DNA of 64,000 nucleotides from Balanoglossus misakiensis (lineage: Eukaryota > Animalia > Hemichordata), in assembly GCA_040954595.2 (NCBI GenBank), contig CM082581.2, forward strand, positions 8,082,059-8,146,058, in the 5' to 3' direction. The translations under genes were made by a program, and so were the position numbers. The first letter of the stretch is position 1, and each line of letters opens with the position of its first letter. The notes beneath the pieces were generated by a model that worked only from the letters and a program-made list of their open reading frames with translations, did no database searches and had not been told where the DNA came from. Shown piece after piece: positions 13,501 through 28,500 of this stretch.

Positions 13501-14883
13501 ACCCCGTTTTGTGTTAAACTTGTTTTCTTTTCTGCACATTTTACAAGGCGTTCAATTCGACTTTGCCGAAAGGCATTATAACAACCCCATACACAATGCT
13601 CTCTTTTCTGCGCTGCAAAGAAGAGACAGCGACTCTCATACCGACCAGATGCCGAGGTTATTTTCTATTTTGAACGCAATTTACCCCAGGGCAGGTTTGC
13701 ATGAAACTAACGCGGCAAACCTGGGCACAACAATCGGTTTTGGAAATCGTGCGCCGAAGGGCGAGTCTGGGCCTCGGGATGCGGACCATTGTGTCTGTCA
13801 TATTTCTGTGTTGGCGGTCGCATATTTCTCGTTTCCTACGTTTCACCAAGGTGAACCGAGCCGCATATTTCTGCACCATTGAAATTCTACCACGGAGAGA
13901 GAGAGAGAAAAAAAAAGTGGGTTGCATTTCTGACCTCTGCTGACGTGACCAGGTTTGCCGTTTTGTCACAGAAATCTCGCCTCGACGCGTCCAAGCATAC
14001 AAGAGCAGTTGCAGCCTACATACGTGACGTCATCGGGATAACTTATCTGCGGACAATATAGTTCTTGACAAATTTGTTGCAGACTTTACATATATAACAC
14101 AATGCATAAGTCTAGCGGGGTTCGTATGTAGTGTTTGTCTTCAGTATGTACTCGGCTATTTTATTCTGAATAAAGCCTTCTGATATCGATTCAAATATTA
14201 ACGTCTGTCGATATAAAAAAAAAGGATCAAACGATTGAGGTCACAACGCCCTGGGATATAGGAAACTTATTTATTGACAACCAAACTATCTATAGGGAGC
14301 AACCTACCATCCGATAACTAAACAACCTTAAAAATAAAGCATTAATTCCTAGTTGCACCAAATGTGTTCCTCTATATACATTGTAATAGCATAAAATCAT
14401 ATCCCCAAACACAGTCCGTCCATTGCGCCCCTAAATAGCCATCTTACAAAGTTTTGCCATGAACAGGGCATTATTTAGATATTGCCCATCCCGCGGGGCC
14501 ATTATCTGGATATTTCCCTGCGCAAGGGCAAATGCCGAACAAAGGACGCAAAAACTGGACTCAATTACAATTTAACATTCCCCTGGACAATACATAGATC
14601 TTCTCCACCGGTTTTATATGTATAGGCCCGAATGTCGTTCAATATCTGAACGATTGCACGACACGAGTACATTATCCGGCTTACAATACGTCGCAACATC
14701 TGTGATCTTGATATATGCTAAACAACTTCTCAATCACATCAACCAATCACAAGCGTCGCAAAATACACCTGGTGTAAGACTCATTTCGATTGAATACTTG
14801 TCAGCCAGGGCATTTATCACGTGGTCAGTGAGGTGCAACGTTTCCATCATCATTCGGAACTCAACCTTCGACAGACAAACGCC

Positions 14884-15111
14884 ATGGCCGAAAGTAGCGA
14901 CGAGCACGAGCTTTTCATTACCCAGAGCACGTTCCGACACCCAAGCGAAAGCGAAGGGCGTAGCTTTTACGATATGGACTGGATTTTCCAAGATTCTGGT
15001 AGCTTCATTGAAGAGAATGTACACAAACCATCGGTCATGGAAAGTGTCCTGCAGAAAATCAAGGGTGCCTTTCTTCTGGCCTGCAGCCGCCATTGCGCAC
15101 ATCCTCTGTAA
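14884..15111 (+). mobile_element. Possible degenerate 5' fragment of a Crypton-like (DUF3504/tyrosine recombinase) element ORF
   Basis: The ORF begins MAESSDEHELFITQSTF, an acidic+FITQS N-terminus I recall from invertebrate Crypton-derived proteins. It is flanked by CCAATCA/TGATTGG motifs. No recombinase domain is visible. Confidence 0.25.
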
Positions 15112-15696
15112 GTACCATTTTTCTGTCATTTTCCTCGGAACTTGTAAATTTGTAGTTTTATATTGATCAGGAATGTTCGATTGTACGTCAGCGTAGGCAC
15201 TTCAGGGAAGTTTTGGTACGTCAAAAAAAATCAAGCTTTCAGGTGAATCCGCGTGTGAGGTAGAAACGAACCCCCAACCAAAGGTTGAGCCCTGCAGCGC
15301 AGAGATCACGACAAAGAAAGATGGACGAACCAAGTGTGTGCACCTGGAAGCAGTACTTCCCGCACGTGGTCACTCTGAACCAATGGAAATCTCTGGTCAC
15401 AGCTGTACACTTTCCGATGGAGGCTGACAGGAAAGCAGTCTTTGCTTCGTGATTGGTCATGCTCTACACCAGGCGTTGTTGTACGTACATGTAACAATTC
15501 CTTCCATTGTTTTCCCCTATAGAAACGCCCTCGGCATTGTACACAGTGAAAAGTAATCAATATCCATGAGACACCAGATTTCGAAAAAGTGTTGAATGCA
15601 TTTACTTAGTATACTTTTAATATTGGTCTGTGCGATGACGTATAGTTATACACACACGCTTTATATAGTGTTCTGCTGTGTACTCTGGGAATATTT

Positions 15697-15970
15697 AATG
15701 AATGAATGAATGAATGAATGAATGAATGAATGAATGAATGAATGAATGAATGAATGAATGAATGAATGAATGAATGAATGAATGAATGAATGAATGAATG
15801 AATGAATGAATGAATGAATGAATGAATGAATGGATGGATGGATGGATGGATGGATGGATGAATGAATGAATGAATGAATGAATGAATGAATGAATGAATG
15901 AATGAATGAATGAATGAATGAATGAATGAATGAATGAATGAATGAATGAATGAATGAATGAATGAATGAA
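15697..15970. repeat. (AATG)n microsatellite with internal (GATG)n block
   Basis: Direct reading; explains the FIHS-repeat ORF. Confidence 0.98.
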
Positions 15971-18900
15971 ACCTTTCCCAGCGACAAAAGAGTGAAGAAA
16001 ATCTGGAACTTCGATAAAACCAGGACTTCGTTACGACTGCAGCCGCTCCACAATAAAATGCAAACTATCGTTTCATCATGATGGGGAAGATAACCGAGGC
16101 GACAGGCGACCCCGAGATCCGACGTCTGCGTGGCGGGGTGGGCCGGCGCTTGATTGACGAAAATGGAAAACACTGCCTCCAAATTCCAAGATGTCTCTGT
16201 AGTCTCGGATGGTTCAGATCAGAAACCTCACCAACGTGTCGCCAGCAGGAGGAAATCGAAAAACGATAAAAACGGTTTATGAGAATTATAAAGACCAGTA
16301 TTTGTGTTCTTAATTCGATTCATTGTCAAAATGAACCGCAACTTAGGCAAACAGTTGTTCTTTCTCAGCATAAAAGCGGCGTGTAAAACTTTTATAACCC
16401 CGGTATTAGTTTGTAAAAGGGGCAGAGCATTAAGCCGTTTACCGGCCAAAAAAGGAGCAGGCAGTTCGTTGATGGTGGAAAGTAATTTAACGGTCTTCAA
16501 TAATCTGTAGTTGTTTCTTGGCGGTGTCAAATGTCACGCAATCCCCTTTCCGTTTACAAATGTCCATTCCATTTGGTTTATGGTTATAGAAATAGACGCC
16601 ATGTCGATTTTCTTACTGTGGAATTATATGAATGTTTGGGAGATATGTTTCGAGTGGTATGGGCAAGGTGGATTTTTAATCCATGTGACGTTATAATCGA
16701 ACGGGACATCTTAAAAGTCTGAGGATCGACCGTAACGGAATGGCGACCTGTTCCTGTCAAAACCGCGCGGGTGCATGGGAAGCTTAGATAAACCAGATGG
16801 CGGCTCGATTTAATCGGAACTGTTCGACAACTTCCGTTTTTTTCACATTCAATACTGGTAATCATCACAACAACAGACCAAATTAACCACAATGGCAACG
16901 ACAGATATTTCGAGGACATCTACCTAAAGGAGTGGACCACTGTCTAGATATTAACAAGAGCCATCTTCTGAGCTACATTACGGGGGGTGTCGTCCTCATA
17001 CTACTCTCACTACACTGTCCATCAGACAGACAGGAGCATAAACCAAGGGCATTATGGGGGGAAAGAACACTGCAATGCCAGTCCCCCTAGCTCTGTAAAA
17101 ATAATAACGAATCGAACTCCCTACCTGGGACTAACAGACGCCATGGTAAACAGCTGACAGAGATATAATGATCTCAAATGGGCTAATGAATACAAATCAG
17201 ATTTGGAACAGACAATTTAATAGGTCAGTTTATATCTTGATGAATTTTCAGTTTTTATAATTTCATCCATCAAAGATTAAGCTGACTCCAACGTGACCAA
17301 CGGACTCGATGCGCATTCATCAAAACTCGATCGCCGACCAAACTGGCATCCGAGGCTTGTACACCCCTTAATCCCGAATACGCGTTAATTTTCATTAGTC
17401 CTTCTAAATGTTAGGGGGCATCATCCTTTATAAGTTTTTGTCCATTATGTTCTTAATTCGCAATTTACGCACCCATTATGAATAAGGCGACCCCATTTGA
17501 CTGGAGAGCGCTTAATCAAACGCAGATCTGTTTCAAATGTACCTCTTTTTGTACTGTATGCGTATGCTCGGGACGCGCGTGCGTAATTAACGCACAAGCG
17601 TGGGAAATTGTCAATTTCATTGTAACTATGGCAGTAGAGTTTTAAATTGTCCAACACTGAAAATTATTTTTCTACTTTCGCCGTGTTGATTGTGGTGTTG
17701 ATTGTTTTGTTACTGTTACCCAAAATAGTTCAGGGTTAGATTCCACCGGTGAAAATAATAGCATTACAGTGGGCCGAATTGAATACTGATATTCAGTAAC
17801 GATTTTGAATTGACGTGTCGCGGAACGGTGGAGACAATTTTACTCGGAACTGTAGCTGATTGGTCGAAATCGAATTATGATCCGAATAATTATGTTAATC
17901 CCAGGCGAGATAGAATTTTGTGGCTTAACTTTGTGTATCAGGAAAAAATAATTTTGGGAACGGAAACAGAAAATTGTTCAGGAATTTTCAAACTGATATT
18001 ATGAATAAATACTCCATTTCCTCCTCTATGTATATGACCCGGTGTAGAAACAGTGCTTCAGACATTCATTTCGCGGCAGTATCGTCCCCTCTCAGGAACT
18101 TGCTGGTTTTCTATCCCCCAAAATGACGTCATGACACAACCATCATCCTCTCTGGTACAAAATGTGAGAGGCCGAATCTGAGGTCAACATAATGTTTTAA
18201 CGATGTCATTTTTTTTCATTTCGTTATTTCAGTGAACTTTCTCACAAGCAGCGCCAGCAAAAAAGCCACGTTTAAGTCTCCAACTTGCGTGCCAGTCCCG
18301 ATTTTATTATTTTGAATAATAAATTTTAAAAGCGGTTTAATGTCTGTGAGACATTAAATGTTGTTTTCCACGCCAAACATCGCTTTATCACACTATCCCA
18401 CAACGCATGCGCGTTGAAGTCATCTTTTAGGTGACGTACTTTTTTCAATGAATTATTTGTATCCTAAATTTTTGCTCTAAGTGTGTTTAAATGCATCTTT
18501 GATAGCTGTTGCAAGAAATGGTGGTGTTAAATACAGCTTCGGGTGTTTTAAGAGTGAAAATGATTGGGATGTACGACATATATATCGAGGCAGCTCCTTG
18601 GTAACCATTTCCTTGGCCACGTTGCGCACGGCCTTTCTCTTAACATTCATGTATTTGCTCACTTATGCGTAAAATAACGGCAATAACTTTTCTTTTCTCT
18701 CGTCGGCGTTCGAAATTCAAAACAACCTGCAACGGAATTAGAAGGCGATGCCAATGCACCGCCACATTTTGGGCCTGTCCGCGTGAAAGGAAATTATACG
18801 CTTGGAATGGGCTCGAAAATGGACGGCCAACCACTGCGCGCGAAATTGCTTACCTTCAAACGTGATGTCTCTGTCGTTTCTTCATTTCGCATTTTATCAA

Positions 18901-21900
18901 ATATATATTCTTGGGGATTGATTAATAAAGTGCGTAGTTGCCTCAGATCCGCTCTCGTCGTAAAACACCACGGGACCGGGCGTGCACAACTCCATTTGAT
19001 CGCGTACAAACTTCATTACCGTACTTATTTCAAATTAGTGCGTGTTATGACGTCTCTTTGTGTGTTTCGAAAAAGTCAAATTTGAGAGCCAATTTGCCGG
19101 TTTATTACGGTTTTATGAACATAGTGTTATATTATAGTCAGAATTCATCAAAACCTTTAAAACTCCATATATTATTCGCTGGCGGAAAGGAAATTCGGCT
19201 GATATGTACACTGCATTACTGCATATTACCAAAGACAAACAAGTTGTACTAGGGGACGTCGGCCTGAACGAATGAAGCCCCGCAGGCCGCGAAATTATTT
19301 CTAATTAATCCTCGGTCGAAATATTAGCGAGTGGATATTGCAGTCAGCGGTAGTCGAAAGATCCCCATCGGGGGGACGCTGGGTTGCCATGGAAACTCAT
19401 TAAAGAATAAAGTCGTAAAAAAGCGATGTTATTTCTCGATGATTTGATGCGTGAGAGAACTCCAATAGTGTTCATTTCGAGGTTTATGGAGTTCTGCGGC
19501 GGTCTTCCGGAAAATAAGCCCGAGTGATGCATTACACCAGATTGCTATTGATACCTCTCCCCCCCCCCCTCCCTAAAAAAAAAACGAGCAGCGACAATCT
19601 CGTATATATACGAGCCATTCTTTCGCCGCCGATCTCGCGCATGAAGGCCGGGGCGCTAGCTCTCTCTCCTCCCCCCTGCCGAGGGGGTACACCGCCGCGC
19701 TTTTGTGTGCCCCGGCGATGCCGTGACTCCGGCGTTAATATCAGAATCACTCGCGTGACGCTTTCAATTTTCATAATAGGCCTATATACACGGTACAATC
19801 GCTGCATTAGTTCAGTCGCACCGGGAATGTTCGTAATACAGGCCCTCAAGTGGTGCCTTAAAATAGCCATTACCAGGTGATTTATTATCTCTTTCCACTT
19901 TATCCCCAGTGTCGAGATACACAGAATCAATCCCAGCTCCGAACACCAATCAATTCAATTGATTTAGATGTCATTAAGCAAATAGAATTTTTTTTATGAT
20001 ATGGGGGTCAGACAAAAGTATTAATATGATATTATGAAATAGAAATTTATTGAGACACGGAGAGCGTGCAAATGCCCCTAGTGAGCCGTAATTCATAAAC
20101 AGGCCGACGTCGTGTGACAGAGAATTTCCAATCTAACGGCGATTTACTATCGGAAATTGTGTTTCTGGACTGAGTCAGTATTAATCAACGGAAAGGAGTC
20201 GGTCAATACACCAGTCCATTTACAAATACTTACATTAATCAGAGAACACTACAGTGACGCCTTGCAAACAAACCGCTGACGAATATATGAGAGTTTTTTT
20301 TCAGAAGTCCCGGGGAGGCGAGACTGAGTACGCGCCGAGCTCGAGCCCAAGCCTGCTTGACTCTTGTGTTCATTGCCAGAACGTGTACTTCGACTTCAGT
20401 ACAGACAGTAAGCCGCGCGTTCGCCTTAAAGCGATGTCCCGTCCTCTCTAGTTGAGTTTGTTGCCGTATTTTCCCCTCAAAGTTTCAGTATATGCGACGT
20501 TCGATAAATTTTGGCTGAGGAAAATCACAGGGCTCACACGGTTTTCCGAGAGGACTTAGACGGGGTAGCCGTGAGCTCTCGCCAATAGATGGCCACAATA
20601 TTCAAACCGTGTGTTACGTGCGTGTAAAACAGCCTCTTTCTCCTCGTAAAAAGCAAGTTGGCTTGCTTGGCCTTATCACACCCAAAGCGTGGAACGAGAC
20701 CACTTCCAACTTGTCTCCGGCAGAAAACCAACTTGTCTCCGGCAGAAAAATCTCCCTCTCTGCGCTTGAAACCTCACTTCGAGCGGAGGGAACAGGTCGG
20801 CCAGAAACAACATAACTTTTCAGGCTGAGTGAACAAGCAAAATCCAGCATTGTCCTCCCCCAACGCTTTTAAACGAGCGAACTGATGCTGAAATTTCCGA
20901 TAAATCATGCAGTTATCACTCATTTTCGTGTTAACCCCGTCACCTGTGCAGGAACTCTCATCGGCTTTCTCAAGTGCAGTGCTAGCTACCCATCCCTACC
21001 AACATCACCGCAAAAAGGCGACGTGTCAGGGCACTCGACATTATAGACTGCACCTACTCCGTCTTCTTCAAGCGTGAAAAGTAAATATTGTTGTTTTCGT
21101 GTTTACGGATTTCTTGTTGTTGAAACGTCACCTAAAGGTCTCAGAACACTAAATGTAAATGCTATAACTTTCACAATTCGACCGATAAAGTTTGCCTACC
21201 GGGTATGAAGATCGTAAAAGCCACAACAGTGGAGATGAACGCACTTTCAAAACATAACAACAAATTCGCCTCCGTTTTCCCCCTTTCGCACACGGATAAC
21301 AAAACCCTGTATCAGGATAACCAATTATTGTTCTGTTAAACATATATACTGTGCCAATTATTGTTTTTCTTTATTCCCCTCGGTCGCGCCACATTCATTG
21401 GGAAATCTTAGTTCAAGCAAAGATCTATTGTACCTATTCATGTGTTTATTGAATCTGCGGGTAAAGTCCATAGCCCAAGGGCCAGGCCTATAATTCGGGA
21501 ACCCGAACCAGTGTGCGTGCGGACTGCTGACCCCCTCGTCGCCATTCACCGTCAGGCCCGTCACTCGATAAATCACTGTATTATATTCATATTTGCTTAT
21601 GTGTAATGGATACAAATTATACGAGTGAAAAATGACTTCCAAGTTGTTACAATTCGGCATCTATAGCACGCAGCCGTGTTGTTCCAATCAATCTTGCAGT
21701 AATTTTAAACCGCTGTCATTATTACGGTAGAAAAGAGACTTTCGAGCGGTTGGCAGGGAGGCACAACGCGATCATAACTCACCGTTTAAGGAATTAATAC
21801 AAAACAATTACTAAAGCCCTGTAGAATTTAACTAGTGTATTATTAAGATGACGAAATATACATCTATTTTCACTAACAAAAGCTAGTGTCCGGAGGGCAC

Positions 21901-24900
21901 GCGCGTTTATCTTCCCTATTTCATTTTTACTGATCGATGCCATTGTTCGGGTTGGGTTTCTGCCCTGCAAGAAGTGTGAATATGGGGAAATGTCATACAA
22001 AGTGATCATATTTTAGCGCAGACATTCATCATAACAGAGGCCGCGTCGCATTACTTATTTCGGAGTCGTTTGATTCCCTGGTTCACCCGGACTTTGCCGG
22101 TTTCGGAATTCGTCGGAGATCCTTGGTATTGTACACGAGACTGGGTCCAATATTATTTGTAGATCCAATTCGACTTTTGGAGGTGCTGTTGTTGTTATTG
22201 TAATTTTGTTTACTGTCATGCATCATTTGCCAGGCGTACTCGTGGCAATATCGTTGATCCCGTGGGCGAATCACACCGCCGCGTCGAGCGCAAATGCTAC
22301 ACGCTCGGGTACAGGTAAAATAAAGCAAATATTGCTCGCAATGAGCGTGCACAAAAAATCCCCAAATATGTCACCGCTCCAAAAAAGAGGCGGAGGGTGA
22401 GTAACGTGTAAATTCATCATGTTTATTTTTAATGACTAAGGGGGTCAATCCACACACATCCGCCGATGAATAAGCAGAAATTTTAATCTAGTTCCTACAA
22501 AGGCCAAGGCTATTATGGCTGAATTAAATTAATGTTTCTTGTCATACCCCAAACCCAATAACTCCGCCACTAAATTATACATTCGCGTTGAGGGCAAAGC
22601 TTTCGCGCCGTTGTTGTTGTTGTTGTTGATTTTCAATTCAAGTTGGACATTCTTGAAACTAGCGGATACGATTTTTCGCGAGGTTGTTTCGGTCTCTCGT
22701 TTCGGATGAAAAGGTTCGAACTCAGCCATGACAAGACGACTTTTATGTCAAAGGTCACATGGACGTCATTTTGTACTTGCTGTTATTAGGACACCAGATG
22801 GACGCTAATGACAGTAACTTATATTAAGATTTTTTGAAGATCGCACCAATAAAATTTACCGAGCGGTAAACAGCTCTGTCGTAAACCGTCAACACAAAGC
22901 CCGGGCGTCCTTAACAGAGGCCGCTACGCATCTTTCACGGACAAAGAAATAACGCCCGTTGCCGCGTTTGTTGTCCGCCGGCCTCGAAGGCCTCGCCGCG
23001 CAGTATACTTCGGGTGTGCCAGTCACTCACTCGGTCCTTGGCACACAGTCAGTGTTGTCATGGAAACCGGTGACACATCCCATGCATGCACGTGTGACTG
23101 TCCTCTGAAGAAGTCACAGAATTTCTTCATTTATGTCTGTCGTCTTCGTTGTCGCGAATGAAGATATGCACAATGACGTTATTTCTACTAAGACGTGGCT
23201 TTGTCGTATGCACACGAAAGTGAACTGACAGCGAACAAATTTCAAGTCAATATTTTTTGCGGGCTTCGGCGTGTCTTGCCTTCATACCTGGACGTGTCAA
23301 AACATCTTGAGGGGGGAAACAAACAGCGCGTGAATATATGAAGAAAAATCTCGTCTAAACGACTTGTTGATGCACCGCAGGTCAACACTGACATCGTTTT
23401 ATTTTCCGCCATTAAGCTCTTGAAACCGCCGTTTACTAATTTCTTTACCATCCAATATCCACAAAAGCCAACAAAAGAACTTTTTATTGACTTTGTGTGA
23501 ATTTCTGTTTTCTGGAGCGAGGATGCCCAGATTTTTTAAAATTGTTCCAAAACAATGCCAAAATGGCTCTTTCAGCTTCGTCGTGTGGACAGGCGCCATC
23601 CATTTAAAGATACCAAATTGACAGTTATAGAACTAGGCCACTTTGGTCGACAACCGCCGGAGAGAGATAATTTAAGAGAAGTTTGCAGAGTCGGCTCAAA
23701 TTTTGAGCCGTTTCCTAAGAACCTAATGTTAGGGAAGGATTGAATGTTGAACCACCGTGAAATGTGGCATGACCGAACCAGTTAGCATGGCGTGCAAAGC
23801 ACTAGCCGATTTATGCGCCGAGGATTCAAAGCTATCGTTTAGTGTGAGACCTTTCTATTCATTATAGCTTATGATTTATGTTATATGATATTTTATTGCT
23901 CCCTAGTCTTTTGTGCGCTGATATCTGCATCGATATTCGCAATCTTTTCCGCTACATTAGCGTTAATTATCGCATTATCTTTTTCGCATTGCGCTCGTTT
24001 GATCAGATAAATTTCAACGAGATTTTTTGGTCAAGCGCTGTTGCACATATAATTTCGGCGGGTTAATTTTCCGATCCCTTTTTTGCTGTAAATTAATTTC
24101 GCATCTAATTTCGTCGGATGTGCAACGCAGTGTTGTCTGCGCGATGCCAACAGATAATCTCGAGATTTATTGCTTTGAACGCTTCTCCCTTATAAGGCAA
24201 GGCTCCATACGTAGAACTGGTTAACGTCAAGAGTTGGCAATTGTCAAGTTTACGATGGGACGAATCACGGTTATTCAGCGTCATAACGACTTGTACCAAT
24301 TTGAAATAACCGGTGGCAGAGCATGCGCAGCTTAACCTATTTTTCACACGGCAGCGTGCGATTGAAACAACGAAACAAGAAGTCACGCAAATATGGCTGC
24401 CTGGCCTTCTATTATCAAAGTCCGGGTATTTTTAGGAATGTTAAATTCCGAAAAAAAGGGCAACCACAGCTGCTTCGCGAGAAAGACAGAAAATACAGTC
24501 TTTCCCAACTAAATTAGTACATGAACATATTTAGCTTGCCGAAAACAGTATGTTATTAAAATTCAATTTAGTTTTTTTTATTGCTTATACACACTCACTG
24601 ATACCACCAAGCAACGGATTGAAGTGTGTATGCATGTGTGTGAAGGGGTGCCTTGTGTATGTGTTAGTATACAAAGATGGTGAATTTGGGGTCTGTATTA
24701 AAGTCAGACTATACCGTATTATTCAAAAATTCCATGCGGTGCGCCATCAGTCTTATAATTATATCATCGTGGTGTCGCTCGTGTAACCTGACTTATCTAA
24801 AAATACATAAAATATATATTTGTTTCCATACACATGCAAATTAGCACATGTTGCATCACTGGGGTTAGCCCGAGAGTTCTACCTATTATATCACGTGTAC

Positions 24901-25349
24901 ACCAACGTTTAAAGGTGTACAGTTGCATATACGAATTTAAGCCACAGTTACCATGGAAATTTGAGATATAGCCAACTTCAGATTTTAATTGGGTGGCCAC
25001 GCGAAAAAAGTGCCCTTTTGATCATAAATGGGCATGAGTACAAGTTTTCACGCGGAGAGTTGAGAAAAAAAAATCGTGATAACATATGATATTTGGACTG
25101 GGAAAAGTCAAAATTAGAAAAAAATAAGTAGACCTGTAAATCCAACATCATCAAAATGAAACGTATGCAGTGACATATGGAGAGACAAAAATAAGTAATC
25201 GCGTTATAGTTGTGTCAGAATCGGAGAAGGTTGTCATTTTAAGCATAAAAATGGCGTAGTTTCCTTGGTCGGAGTCTGAGCAAATTTTCTATCATCAGAT
25301 CAGTTGGTTTCTACGTAGGTACTGTCCGCCTCTGTCTCACTTATAACCT

Positions 25350-25525
25350 CTGTACAGACGGACGGACAGACAGACACACAGACAGACAGACAGAAAGTCA
25401 GAAAGACACACAGATAGATAGATAGATAGATAGACAGACACACACACACAGTCACATGCACACAAAGAGACAGACACACAGACAGACAGACATACAGTGT
25501 CACACACACCTCATTCGCAGGATAA
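25350..25525. repeat. Compound (GACA/GACG/GATA/CA)n microsatellite, possibly the end of a Helentron-associated (HINE/DINE-1-like) element
   Basis: The minus strand reads TTATCCTGC..(GTCT/GTCC)n..AGGTTATAA, the subterminal-repeat plus GTCY-microsatellite layout of HINEs. The element assignment is inference. Confidence 0.6.
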
Positions 25526-28500
25526 TTTAATCCCCTTCTGGCCGTGTGAGTCGGACGTTGCCTCCTCTCCTTCGCTCTCGTATATTTTCCAATCAAACGA
25601 GGCATTAAAATTAAATTGATTAATTGTGTCGCCCCTTCGAAATATTGTCCTTCGCAGATCATCGATCAAAGAAGTGACTTTAGAAAAAGAGCCGATAAAG
25701 GTTTTGATTGAGTGTGAAAGCTTATATAGCGCTATTACATAAAGCAAATTTTCCCCGTTTATGTACCATCCACCCACCATCTTATCCCCACCCACCATAT
25801 CCCATTTTTCACCGACTGTATATGCCCATCGATGCATGAACGGCCGCCCGATGCCTCCACCATTTCCCGCGCGGTCTATTTTAGGAGACGGTGTCCCAGT
25901 CCGAAGCTTCGGACAATAAATTACATCTTTATTTTTGTCACCCGGGTTATATGTATGTGCCGCGACCTCTGACCCAGCCCACCACCTGGCAGATGGTAAC
26001 GTAAAGCGTGTGCTCTGAAATCTAATCCCCCGGTCATGACGGCTTTGTGTGTACCGTATTTTCACGTAGGAAATCTCCCCGCTCTATTAGAGAGAGTTAA
26101 ATACATGGGTGAATAAATATCGACGATAATTGTGAAAATAACACTTATTCAAATTGGCTAACCAAATATGACATCGAAAGATATTATTTCACAATGTTGA
26201 CACCTATCGTAGCTCGTTTTCACCACCGAAGAATTTTGTTGGTTTCTGTTTGTGTTTTATTTTATAGTTTTGCTTTGCCCCCCCCCCCCCCACATTCAGC
26301 ATTTCTTTGACGAAGCACCTCGAGAACTTAAATAACAAACATGGCGAAACAAAACGCACCAACATCAGACACGCACGACAAAACAAGGCGTGGGGGAAAC
26401 AATATGGACGGCAACTGCAGAGACTAAACAGAACTACGAGTACTCCATGCTCGTGCTGCGTGCAGATTTATCGACGACGCGAGGAGGTTCAGTCTGCACC
26501 AGTGTAACATGTCCACTGCCCCCGCTTAAGCAGCACCTGTTCGGTCGGACCACATCCACGTTTTTCCCCGAAGTTATTCATTTTTTTGCAAAAAGTCACA
26601 GTGGTGTGTTCGGCGTGAAAACAACTGATGCTTTGTTCTTTTTCCCCAAATTTCCATGATGTTTAACAAAGCGGGTGTTCGCATTATAAAATACCTCCAT
26701 CGCTATTATTAAAAAGTTTCAACTATTATTACATTGTACATACACAGCTACGGGTCTGGTATTTCGACACTGGTCACGTTCTTGTTTCGTTTAGACGAAA
26801 TTTTGTTTGGAAAAGCTTTTCTAGGAATAGGTCACAGATTCTTCACGTAGACAATTCAGAAGCAATGTTCAGAACACATCAATTGATTGCTTGTCGATGA
26901 CTTACACTGGTTAGCATAAATGAAAAAAAACACAAATGGTTACGTAAACATCTACTAGTCAAATGAAGCTAACCGGAAAAAAGTATTTGAAAGTCAAGAT
27001 GTGTGAAATCTATTTTGAAATAATTACCACTTTGGAAAGATCTATGTCATCTGCACTGAGTAAATATTAAGTGTCGCCTCAGTTTCGCTGATTGATAAGT
27101 TGCAATTATCTTGGGACGTGCACTTGATGTCTACACGCATGTTCAAATTCAATCGTTTGCAGCAAAAATTAAACCACTGGCGCGGGTCGTCATTTCGTGT
27201 AACTTTAGACAAGCGTTCTACGTGAACCCAATCGCGACGTTGCACCGACGCCGCCATTGGGTACGGGGTTGTTACTGTTCTCGTGCAACGCGAGATGTGA
27301 CCAAAGTCGCGGCCAGGAAATGGCGACTGTTTGTGCGCTTGCGTTTTCCCAGGGGGGGGGGGGTCAGCGATGGTCCACGTGAACAATGAAAAAACGTATC
27401 CCGTTTTCCACAGATACTTGAGTCATCACCTGAACATTGTTCGCCGAATGTCGTCATAACTGGGCAAGTACTTATACAAATCAATTGAGTACTGGGATTT
27501 TTTTTTTCAAATTCAAGCATTTATCAATAAATCAATCTAAATTGCGATGAGGCATAAAACCTTGTTTGAAATACTGCAAAGATCGGCTGACATGAAGACT
27601 TATAAACTGACCCGTTGTGGATCAGAAGGGCAAATCTTTAATAAAGTAAATCGGTCCGTATATATTGTTAAACAATATGTGTATATTAAAATATAGATTG
27701 TCTGGTATTGATTGTCAAAAGCGTGGAAACGCGCGTTTCATATTGATAAGCGTTAATAGAGTTCCGTTGTCAGGGTTGAACGTGCGACAACCTTGCTCCC
27801 CGAAGTTGCACAATACCCGCGTATGCAAGAGAACTGGGAGCCACCATCAATCTCGTTGGTAGTCACCCGCCTGACACTTTTGGCATGCCATTTCTTTTTT
27901 AAACTTCCCGTGATTGCATTTTAAGTCATATAGTAGAGAAGGAAATGGTTAGTTTGGTACAAATGCCCCGCGATCGATGAATCATAGATGGTTATCATAG
28001 TTTCCGCTTTGTCAGTACTTGGATGCGTGAGGGACTCTTTTAAAAACTGGAGAGAGTGTTACCGGTAATTTGGATGTCTATTGTGCCCCGGTATCAGCAA
28101 GTCCAAAGCGACACGTGTGACCCATTTGGTGCATCATTTAGGGGAAAAAATGATCTGTCAAAATTATCGTTTTTTCACATTAATTAACGGGAGTCCGATG
28201 AGAGCCGAACGGGACACCGGAGAACGGGGCGGTGGGCGGCGAGCAACGATTCCCCGGTGACTTCATCAACGCATGTTCATTTTCAGAGAGGAGCGCTCGG
28301 GCGATAAATCAAACCCGTTAGTCAGAATTTTATCTGTTAATCTATAACGTCGTTAATGAACAATGGAAATCTATAAGTAATTTGTTAAAAGGTGCCCGGG
28401 TTACTATTAATTTGCTGCGTCGAGCTGTCCTTGCCATCTGAGAGACCGGTTTGGAGTTGAAGAGCGTAGCAGCGCCAAAGGTCTCAGTCCGGGACGCGTT

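Noticed and set aside
15661-16182. 173-aa FIHS-repeat ORF
   Set aside because: Artefact of the (AATG)n microsatellite.
20706-20749. 22-bp perfect tandem duplication CCAACTTGTCTCCGGCAGAAAA
   Set aside because: Ordinary slippage duplication with no further structure.
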